Shown in pieces: positions 9,713 to 18,519 of a DNA stretch of 21,858 nt (within the stretch, counting starts at the first letter, position 1; the number at the start of each line of letters is the position of its first letter). Under the pieces are notes generated by a model. The model was given only the letters and a program-made list of their open reading frames with translations, was not told where the DNA came from and did not search any database. Made by a program: the position numbers and the translations under genes. The DNA is from Octopus sinensis. Its lineage: Eukaryota. The DNA is taken from contig NW_021823662.1 of the NCBI RefSeq assembly GCF_006345805.1, positions 1-21,858 on the forward strand. Direction: 5' to 3'.

Positions 9713-12001
9713 CAGTGTTCCCTCTAAGCTGCGCGCGTGCGCGGCCGCGCAGCAGTTTGCACTTTGCTGCGCAGCGAAATTTTTTTCTGTGCAGTAGAAA
9801 GTATAATATTAAAAATTGCTATTTTTTTAATTTTTTATATGAATTTATATTCTTATTTTCATTTCAAAACGAAAACGTGTCTAATATTGATATGAGACTT
9901 AAGAAAAATTCTCCTTCTTTTAAGCCGGAATGGTTGATAGAGTACGTCGAAACCTTAACACCAGATTCAAAAATTCCCCAACATGTGCAACTGGGTGATA
10001 TTTTTAGTTTTTCCGAAGACTGCGGAGTTGTTTGTAAAATATGTGGCGACGCTAAAGCGACTTGTGATTTTGCGAGTGGAAAAACCTGGGATATATGGAA
10101 ATTGGATTATCTGAAGAGACATATTACCCATAAAATTCATTCAGATTCAATAATAAAATTAAGAAGAATTCGAGCAGATACTGGAATCAGCTGCTTGCTC
10201 ACAGAGTCTAAGGATGACCGACAGATGAGATTCAAAATGAGTGATCGTGCACGAAGTAAAATTGAAAAAGTGAAAATTCTCATTGACAATGTTATTTTGG
10301 CTCTCTCCATGAATGCTTCATTACTTTCTGTTATGAATATACATGATCATATGGCAAAATATGTAGAACTTCCTGATAGCTGGCGAAGTAAAAATTATGC
10401 ATTTGAGTTTGTTGAATGCATCGACTACGTGGTCAAAGAGATATGTATGCAGGAAATTAGAGAGTCTCGGTTCCATACACTCATTGTGGACAAAAGCACA
10501 GATATATCCGTAACCAAAATACTTATTATATATATTAAATATCGTCCTACGGGGACAAATTATCACAAAACAGTTTTTGCTAGCATAATGAAACTTACAA
10601 GTTGTGACAGTAAATCTATTTTCATTGCAATCAAGAAATTCTACATGACAAACAATCTTGATTTTCAAAAGATGGTAATGTTTACATCAGATGGGGCATC
10701 CGTTATGCTAGGGAGAAGAAATGGCGTGGCATCACTGATCCGTGCTAAGGTTCCTCATCTTACTGAACAACATTGCGTCGTTCACAGACAAGATCTAGGG
10801 ATCGATGATGCATGGAAAAAAAATAATCTTGTGAAAAATATTGAAATATTACTCCGGACTGTTTATACTGTTTTCAGTCGATCAAGTATAAAAAAAGCTG
10901 CATTTCAGGACCTGGCTAATGTTGTGTTGAAGATGTCGTTTCATTTAAGCCACTAAATGAAGTGAGATGGATGTCTCGGCATTTTGCTGTTAAAGCTTTG
11001 ATAAAAAACTACACAATTTTAATTGAATATTTCAAGAAACAGGTTGAAGATGATAATGATCCGATTGCAAAATATTGCTTAAAACAACTCCAAAATCCTC
11101 TTATTCATGTTGCTTTAACTGTCTTAAATGAAATTTTGGCTGAATTAGCAGATTTGTGCACAGTTTTCCAAAGAAGCTGTATATCGACCATAGAAGCTGT
11201 ACAGTTTGCCAGAGCAAAAATTTCGAAGCTGAAATCTCAATATTTGGATGGAAATGAAATTTACTGGAGTGACAGTGTGAAGATGTTGTTATCAACAACT
11301 GGTTATGGAGATACAAATACAGATGAAATCCTATGCTTTATCGAGCATGTTTATCTGCATTTACAAGAAAGATTTCCTGCTGACGAATTAAGAGAATGGG
11401 TAGCATTTGACACTCAAGCAATTCAAAATCAGACAAACTTTGAATTTGGAAAAGAGGAGATAATTAAATTAGCGAAAAAATATGAAAATTTACTCTCTTC
11501 AGAAGTCCCACTCATAAAACTGCAGTCGGAATATACAGATCTCAAGTTTATTTTAAAAGAAAAACTGCACTCTGGTGCTTTGAAAACATTTGAAGATGTA
11601 ATTTACTATATACTAGCGGAGAAAAAATTTTCAGCCACTGCAACATTTGTGGATATTTGTGGCACATTTCAAGCGTCGAGTGCTGATGCTGAACGTGGAT
11701 TTAGTTTGATGAACTGTATCAAAACTAAACTACGTAATAGACTTGAGATTGACCATTTGGAGATGATCATGCGAATCAAGTTCTATTTAACAAGTTGGAA
11801 TACAGTGGATCTTGATCGAGTATACATATTTTGGATACAAAATAAAAACAGAAGAGAATATCCAATTGACTAGACCTATTTTTTTAATTTAATTGTAAAA
11901 TTTCCCCCCCCCCAAAAATTTTTTGCACACGTCACTTTATAACGCTGCACAATGCAATGTGCCCAGCGCGCATAGCTACCACTCGCTTAGAGGGAACACT
12001 G
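9713..12001 (+). mobile_element. hAT DNA transposon (ZNF862/Tip100-like), complete ends
   Basis: Perfect 17-bp TIR CAGTGTTCCCTCTAAGC (9713-9729 / 11985-12001). Perfect 8-bp TSD CTTATAGG (9705-9712 / 12002-12009). Confidence 0.95.
9892..11873 (+). pseudogene. hAT transposase with a single frameshift near 10925
   Basis: FKPEW..CKIC..LKRH..KIH zinc finger; IVDKSTD, TSDGASVM, HCVVH (CxxH), EVRWMSR, and the SSADAERGFSLMN dimerisation motif. A frame change near 10925 joins ORFs 9715..10956 and 10962..11873. Likely true start is ATG 9892. Confidence 0.92.
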
Positions 12002-12177
12002 CTTATAGGTCATATTTTATGCCGTTAGGTCATATTATTTTTTAGGTCATATTTTTTTGTTAGGTCATATTTATATTTATTAAATCATATATTTTTATTA
12101 ATCTTTGTTTAAATTTTGACAATAACACGTTTTCACACGTTTTGGTAGTTGGCCGCTTAAATATTATAGATTTTTAC

Positions 12178-12769
12178 ATGCCGAAACAAAAGCAATCTAA
12201 CAATCAAAAGTTAAATAAAATAATTAAACGATACCTGTCTGAATTTCAGATTGATTCAGCTGGACGTTTATTTTGTTTGAAATGCTCAGTTTTTGTTAAT
12301 TTTACGAAAACGTTTAATGTGGTGCAGCACAGGGAAACTACCCGGCATAAAAAGGAACAGACAAAATTTCAAACGCAACTCAACACTCTTCCGAAACTTG
12401 AAGCAAAGAAAAATTTCGGAATTTGCTTAGTCGAAATGATGACGAAGGCGAATATACATCTTTACAAAATAAGAAATGAACACTTTATTAATTTTTTTAA
12501 TAATCTCGGATTTACTGTTCCCAGCGAAAGTTGGTGCAGAAATATAGTTCCAGATTTGCAATATCAATTGATTGAAATGCTTAAAACAATTATTTCTGAA
12601 AAAGATATATTCATACCTTAAAACAATTATTTCTGGAAAAGATATATTCATACTTGTTGATGAAACGGAAATCAATAAACAGAAATTTGTTAACGTTCTT
12701 TGTGGGACTATTGAAAGTCCTGAAAAAATTTATTTATTAAATTGTTTGGAAATTGAAATTTGTTATTAA
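12178..12769 (+). pseudogene. N-terminal fragment of a CGGBP1-like hAT transposase
   Basis: LFCLKCSVFV..VVQHRETTRH zinc finger; ANIHLYKIRNEHF..F; PSES..R; IFILVDET (first catalytic Asp). Frameshifted by a 37-bp duplication and truncated after about 12770. Confidence 0.75.
12580..12653. repeat. 37-bp tandem duplication (1 mismatch) that frameshifts the transposase fragment
   Basis: CTTAAAACAATTATTTCTG(A/G)AAAAGATATATTCATAC at 12580-12616 and 12617-12653. Confidence 0.95.
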
Positions 12770-12784
12770 TAATAACTTATAGAA

Positions 12785-12900
12785 ATGAAACTGACTTCAA
12801 ATAAAATAGCACAAATGATTTCATTAAAAAATGCCGGTTTCAAGAAAAAACATATTGCATCTATTCTGCACGTTTGTCAATCACGTTTGCAAAAAAGAAA
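12785..12900 (+). pseudogene. Possible Tc1/IS630-type N-terminal helix-turn-helix fragment
   Basis: MKLTSNKIAQMISLKNAGFKKKHIASILHVCQSRLQ resembles the paired-like HTH (I..l...G....eIA..L.v..s.v). No further motifs. Confidence 0.4.
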
Positions 12901-12938
12901 AACATCTTTTTATATTTTTTTAATTGACGCGTTAATTT

Positions 12939-13258
12939 TTGTGTTTTTCAAAAAAAACAGTGGCTACTAAACCTACAGTCACTCCAATCATTGCTAAAAA
13001 TCCGCGCGATAGATATATCGCGGATCTAATAGATCTTAGGCAGTATTCTTCGAAAAATAATGGTTATTCTTGGGTAAGAATCAATAAATTAATGAATAAA
13101 TTCTTGTGGTCATTTACTCATTCTCCAAATTTGTAATTGTTGATATTGCAAAGACAAAAAATGGAGAAGAGATTACTGAATTGTTTCGGAAAATTTTTTA
13201 TGCATATCAACCACCAACAATTCTGCGTGCCGACAATGGTAGAGAATTTAAAAATTAC
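12939..13258 (+). pseudogene. Retroviral-type (rve) integrase fragment, Ginger-like
   Basis: PIIAKNPRDRYIADLIDLRQYSSKNNGYSW, KFLWSF, KTKNGEEITELFRKIF..PPTILRADNGREFKN. A GTAAG donor-like site follows the W codon (13074). Confidence 0.8.
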
Positions 13259-13469
13259 TCTGTTATTTAACATTGTCATGAGTAATCTACCTTCCCCAAA
13301 CAATGTACGGACGGAAATTCTAATATATGCTGATGATGTGGTCATCCTCGATGTTTCACCGAAACCTGCCTTATCTGAACAACGAATGATGTCATATATG
13401 GAAGAGGTCGAACATTGGTGCAGAAGTAACATGCTGGGTGTCGCACGTGAGAAAAAAATGAAATTTTGA
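13259..13469 (+). pseudogene. Internal reverse transcriptase fragment of an APE-type LINE
   Basis: LLFNIVMSNLP..IYADDVVI..HWCRSNML (RT domains 4-6), directly abutting the integrase fragment. Confidence 0.8.
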
Positions 13470-13471
13470 AA

Positions 13472-13507
13472 GTGTCCATTTATTCGCGTGTCCATTTATC
13501 CGACTGT
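13472..13507. mobile_element. Possible Tc1/mariner-like right terminus
   Basis: Two 16-bp units GTGTCCATTTAT(T/C)CG(C/A) ending in CTG. The reverse complement starts CAGTCGGATAAATGGACAC. No partner TIR seen and the flank is not TA. Confidence 0.3.
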
Positions 13508-13510
13508 GAC

Positions 13511-13595
13511 AGATTATAGTAAAAAGAATTAGATTATAGTAAAAAGAATTAGATTATAGTAAAAAGAATTAGATTATAGTAAAAAGAATTAGATT
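13511..13595. repeat. Minisatellite, 20-bp unit x4.25
   Basis: AGATTATAGTAAAAAGAATT: four perfect copies plus AGATT, with no spacers. Confidence 0.98.
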
Positions 13596-14637
13596 CAGGT
13601 GAAAAAATAAGATCTCTGTGTTAAAAATTGGAAAGATTGTCACCAGAAAAATTAGAATCAACACTATTAAATAAACTCGTAAGCGTTCTTTTAATGAAAA
13701 TGGAAACTACAACTATAAAAATAAACAATAAAATACTAAAAATGATCAATATAGTGTAGAAGAAAATAAACTTAATTGAAAAAATCCATAGGAATGGAGA
13801 TTAATTAATTGATAAAATGAATACAAATTTACTTGCAAAATAAACCTTATTCAGGATATCTTACAAACAGTCAATTTAATTAATCTTCAAATATATAAAA
13901 ACGATGATATTACAAAACCAATCATTGATAGAAATGAATAAAAAAATAAAAATTAACAGCAGAAATGCAAAACACAAGAAAAGAATATAACGTGCTTAAC
14001 ATGTAAATATTTTTTTTGTATTTAATTTGATAAATTAAGAAAATTTAAAAAATAAATAACATTTAATATCTTAGGTCTGTTTAAACTCAGCTAGGAACGT
14101 AGTTTCAGCTGTTTCACATTAGTGAGGACATCCAACATACCAATAATGGGCACACATTCTACTATTCAGAGCTCTTTTTGGACGAAATTTATAGATTTTC
14201 TGACAGAAAGTTAGACAATATAAATCAAATATCTTTTTATTCGGATCTTCTATCATAACTTAATTTAGAATATTTAACCTTGTTTATAAATTTGAGATCA
14301 ATCAACAATGAATTAATTATAAAATCGGTGCTACTATATGCATTCCATATTTTCTAAAGAAATACTATATCTTACCAACAAGCTGCATTCAAAAAGAAAA
14401 TAACAATCAATATTTTAATAAATTTCAAAATAACGAACATTTTTACATTTTTTCAAATCAGTCGATAACTTATCAATACAACTAACATAATATGTCGCGC
14501 CCATAGCTGGCAACCATACCACGCTGGCGACCAGTGTGACCTTAATTGTTGACAGCGTGACCTACATAGTTTGACATTCAATTAAAAACGAAAATAATTT
14601 ATTATAAAAAGGGTTTAGCGTCATTTTAATTAAAAAA

Positions 14638-15590
14638 ATGGTATCTTCCAAAAGATGTATTAATATAGTCTCAATCCTTAGGTTACGTGAAAAATGACAG
14701 TGAATATTAAAATATTTTAAATGCACTACTCCAAATACCCGTACAAACTACATCTAAATCCGAAAAACACAAACTTATTAAAAAAGCGAATCAATTTATG
14801 ATAATTGATGATCGGTATATTTGATATTCCTAATTCATAGTCTCTATCTAGAGGACGATAACAACCAAAAACACAGATTGGTTATCTTTTTGGACAATTA
14901 AATGGAGATGAAGACACTGGCATTCGCTATTCACCAAGAATACCACTGGGGAATACTAAAGCTTCATAAGAAGTGCTGTGAATTTTATTTTACTGTGACA
15001 CGCCCTATTATCGAACAAATTAAAAAAGACTGCGAAATTTGTAAATTTGCTGGGCCGTTAAAAGTATTTTTGATTAAATATACTTAGATATCCGATTCTA
15101 ATTACCATGTAACGGCAAGAAGTCCAAATAAAAGATTCCAGGTGGATCATATTGATGTTAGAAGAATTGGATATTGTCAAATTTGACAAACAGACAACGG
15201 ATTGGAATTCAAAAATCAACTGATGGATCAGATATGCGAAGAAAATAAAATCAAACATATTAATTGAAGACCAAACCATCCCCAGTCACAAGTTTATAAA
15301 TTTGAAATAAATTAGGGTGTAATTGAGCGCTTTAACCAAACATTGACACGTGTTATGGCAAAACTGATGGATAAAAAAGGAACTAAAAATTGGAAACAAT
15401 ACAGCGGACATAATACAAACAAATTTCGACCTCTCTAAAAATCAAATTATACAACATGTTACTGAAACCGGTCTTATTGTACAATTTCTCTGCATAAAAA
15501 AAAACGTAAAAATTGGAAACAATTTTTAGACAAAGTAACTTTTTCCTATAATACGACACACCACTCGGCGATCAATGAGATCCCCTTCAA
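14638..15590 (+). pseudogene. HHCC + rve integrase gene with four predicted micro-introns (14641-14668, 14815-14840, 15064-15087, 15292-15315)
   Basis: Spliced product: MSQSLG..KANQFMIIDDR|LYLE..IHQEYHWG..KDCEICKFAGPLK|ISDSNYHVTARSPNKRFQVDHIDVRR..QTDNGLEF..RPNHPQSQ|GVIERFNQTL..NWKQFLDKVTFSYNTTHHSAINEIPF. Four nonsense codons, an apparent in-frame deletion after DHIDVRR, and a 106-bp insertion. Confidence 0.85.
15401..15506 (+). mobile_element. 106-bp retroposed insert (5'-truncated LINE 3' end or SINE-like)
   Basis: 17-bp TSD TAAAAATTGGAAACAAT (15384-15400 / 15507-15523); A9 tract 2 nt before the 3' TSD. Confidence 0.8.
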
Positions 15591-15696
15591 AAGTTTAGGG
15601 GTATTTCTGGAATTAACACTGTGATTCATGAAATACCAGGTTATAATCTTATTTATAATTTAGATGAAAATAACGAGGCATCGTTTGTCGATGTAT

Positions 15697-15738
15697 TAAA
15701 TTTACAATGGTAAATTTACGATGGTAAATTTACGATGT
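15697..15738. repeat. 14-bp tandem repeat x3
   Basis: TAAATTTACAATGG, TAAATTTACGATGG, TAAATTTACGATGT. Confidence 0.9.
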
Positions 15739-16399
15739 ATTTATTTTTAGAAACGAATAATAAAAGATTGTAGGACGAATCCGTCATTGAAGCTACACAG
15801 ATTTGAATCCCCATATGAAGAAAAAGGAAAAGTAAAAAATATAATGTCTAAATACAGATTAATGGTTATTTGTCTTTCCTAACAAACATTTAGATCGAAT
15901 TACGAAATAGTTACTATGAATAGAAATAAAAAATGTTAAGTTTTTTGATTTTTTAGCAATTATCTTTAGTCAGTAATTAGCGTCAAACTATGTAGGTCGC
16001 CCTATCAATCTTTTCAACAATGAAGGTCTCTCTGGTCGCCAGCGTGGTATGGTCGCCAGCGTAGTTCGCGACATAATAAAACCTACGTTAACCCATCGAT
16101 TAGGACATTTTAGATGTGGCGAACCAACCCCCATTACCCATTCTATCGTGCTACACATTTGACCTATATTGTAAACTAGATTTTGTGAAAATTGACCTAA
16201 ATTAAAAACCTATTGTTTAAATTACTTTTCCTTCTCATTTTCGAAGTCTTTACTGTTTCCTAATTGTAATATTTAAGGAGGTCAAAAATTATAAAATAAA
16301 GCTTTTAAAATAGAAGAAATTAGAAATGCTTTCCTTAAATTAGTAGCTCAGGCAAAGCAAAATTTTAAATAAATATCGATTACGTTAAAAATATATTTG

Positions 16400-16670
16400 A
16401 TATACGATTCAGACCAGGGACTTAAATCTATCATATCCATCTGGTAACCTTTTCTTGGAGCTTTTGCTTTAATGCTTATCAAATGAGAATGCACTATTAA
16501 TCACGACTTTGAGCACAGTCCACACATTTAGCACAAACTTTTTAGATAATTAATCTCTTTATACTAAAAAAATAGTTGTCAGAATATTCTTTCAATTTTT
16601 GTTCATTTCAGTTGAATTTCCATCAGTCGTATTGCTTTTTAAATAAGAAACAATGTTTTGTACTCTATAA
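16400..16670 (-). pseudogene. Decayed Ginger-like integrase fragment (N-terminus, HHCC end, start of core)
   Basis: Minus strand gives VQNIVSYL.., KVCAKCVDCAQSR and ISIKAKAPRKGYQMDMIDL in broken frames. These parallel CEICK and SPNKRFQVDHID of the 14638 gene. Confidence 0.6.
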
Positions 16671-16753
16671 TAGTTAGTACTAAATTTTTAAGCAGCATTT
16701 TTGACAAATGCGGAAACACGTGAATAATATCTGTCTAAATATTGGTTAAAATA

Positions 16754-16850
16754 CAGTGAGACCTTGAATTAAAAAAAATCGAGTTGCGAGGAACCCTCTT
16801 TTGGGAGAACCCTTGCTTTTGGAAAAATATTTTCGCCATCCCTGTAAAAT
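16754..16850. mobile_element. Possible pogo/Tigger-like MITE terminus
   Basis: TA|CAGTGAGACCTTGAATT.. start, typical of Tc1/pogo termini. No partner end found. Confidence 0.3.
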
Positions 16851-16918
16851 ACAATGATTTTATGAAATAAACCATTTTTTTAGGAAAATTTTATATTATT
16901 ATAGACCAATAATGTATA

Positions 16919-18337
16919 CACTCCATGTAATAAAAAACCGGATTTTCGAATGCTTAATTTTTTTGATATTCTGTTTTTAATTTTAGACTTTTTTAATTTA
17001 TAATGATAATCTTCGTAACTTTTCTTTTTATAATTTTTCAATAATCTTTTTGTACGGCTAAACTGACTATATTAAATTTTTTCTGTGTAAAAACAACCGG
17101 ATTAGAAAAAAGTCAAATGATTAATAATTAATGTGTCCTCCGTGTGCCTTATAAAGCTCAATGCTTCTTCTTGGCATGCTTTCAGTTAATTTTCTCACAA
17201 ATTCCATTGATATTTTGTCCCAAATTTTTATGATATTTTCGCATAAATCCTTTTTACTATGCAGCATTTTTTTACTCAATTCTTCCTTTATGTAGTTCCA
17301 CACATTTTCAATTGGGTTCAAATTTGGTGATTGTGGTGCCCAATTTAATAATTCAATTTTTTTCTTATCCAAAAATTGTTTTGTTCTCCGTGAATTATGA
17401 CAGGGGGCCAAATCTTGTTGGAAAATAAAACGATTTAGCCCCATTTTATCTGCCGATTCCACAAATTATTTATTAAAATGTTGATATATATGGCAGAATT
17501 TATTTTTCCATTTACTATAACCAAATTCCCCTTTCCATGATAGGAGATACAACCCCATACCATAATTCTTCACCACCAAACTTCAAAGTTGGCGTTAAAT
17601 GGGCATAATTTAAGTCTTTATTTTTTTCTAAAGCAAAATTTTCTTTTTTTAGATGAAAAAATTTCAAACGAAGCTTCGTCACTCTATATAACAGTTTTCA
17701 CGTTTCATTGCTTATTGAAAGCTCGTATCGTTTTTCACTATTTTTTTGATAAAAAAGGTTTTCTTTTACACACATGCTTTGTAATGATTTTCATGTAGAT
17801 AATTGCTTATTGTTTTTTTGCAGACAACTTTTCCTGTAAAATCGAAGACTTCTTCTTTCAGGTTGGCCAGTGTTTTTTTTGGATTTTCTTTCTCAATGTT
17901 GACAAGTTTACAAATATCTGAGTTAGAGAGCTTTTTGGGTCTTCCAGAACCAGGTATACGATCAACAGTCCCCTTTTTATTTAACTTATTCAGAAAATCA
18001 TTGAGAGTCGAAGTTGGAATATTCAGCTCCTCAACAATCTTCTTTTGTGTCCAATTTAATTGAATGAGTGCTAGAATCTTTCCTTTAGTGATTTTATCAA
18101 GCATTTTTCAAATACCTACAAATTGGCTTAGCAACAGACTAATCAAAAAAAATCCGTTTTTTTAATACACGCTAAGATTTTATCAAGATCAATTATTCAA
18201 ATATAAATTATATTTTAAAAATAGTAAAAGATACAACAAACGATTGCTGAAAAGTAATTTAAAAATTGATATACATATAAAAAAATACTAGTAAAAACAT
18301 GCAAACTTGAAAATCCGGTTTTTTATTACATGGAGTG
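16919..18337 (-). mobile_element. Tc1 (DD34E) DNA transposon, complete ends
   Basis: Perfect 29-bp TIR CACTCCATGTAATAAAAAACCGGATTTTC (16919-16947 / 18309-18337). TA TSD at 16917-16918 and 18338-18339. Confidence 0.95.
17121..18104 (-). pseudogene. Tc1 transposase, frameshifted
   Basis: HTH + GSGRPKKLS; VI*SDEASF (TGG>TAG); MVWGCISYHGKG; FQQDLAPCH; WAPQSPNLNPIENVW. D and E are separated by 34 residues. Confidence 0.93.
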
Positions 18338-18519
18338 TATTTCTTTGTCTTAATCAATAGACCAACCTTAAAGCCTATTGCGCGTAAAATTGTGTATAGA
18401 AAATATCATTAAAAATACGATTTTTAATGTTACATTCATTTTTTCCCAATTTGTATAAACAAAACCAACCACACGCAATTTATGAAATTAGCGTATACGT
18501 TTGAAAAGATTAGCGTATA

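Larger units (their letters stand above)
9591..12769 (+). mobile_element. Left part of a CGGBP1-like hAT element (host of the nested 9713-12001 element); right end missing
   Basis: Begins TAGGGCAACC, then a subterminal GTCATAT array split by the nested element (3 copies at 9605-9640, 4 AGGTCATATT copies at 12007-12071), then a transposase fragment. The left boundary is an inference. Confidence 0.55.
14493..16073 (+). mobile_element. Ginger2/Tdd-like integrase DNA transposon, both ends present, internally deleted
   Basis: Ends TGTCGCG...CGCGACA. The outer 51 bp are inverted with 43/51 identity, and an inner block GTCAAACTATGTAGGTC is also inverted (about 14557-14573 / 15982-15998). 5-bp TSD TAATA at 14488-14492 and 16074-16078. 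Integrase gene inside; no RT, gag or LTR. Confidence 0.85.

Noticed and set aside
9715-9891. N-terminal extension of the hAT ORF as given by the track
   Set aside because: It starts at a GTG inside the TIR and reads through AT-rich UTR. ATG 9892 precedes the first conserved motif.
13511-13595. CRISPR array
   Set aside because: Contiguous identical 20-mers with no spacers, no cas genes, eukaryotic context.
14184-14197. AATTTATAGATTTT, matching the CRE-like element's empty target site
   Set aside because: A 14-nt AT-rich match is plausible by chance, and there is no element trace there.
13600-14480. Possible decayed membrane-protein or other host gene in the AT-rich stretch
   Set aside because: Frames are broken by stops, no motif is present, and hydrophobic translation is expected from T-rich DNA.
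14708-14901. Alternative genetic code (TAA/TAG = Gln), since YQNIL and DNQME would read well through two TAA codons
   Set aside because: The AT-rich hAT gene has about 650 codons without internal TAA/TAG, and nearby stops also include TGA at Leu/Gly positions. Ordinary decay explains them.
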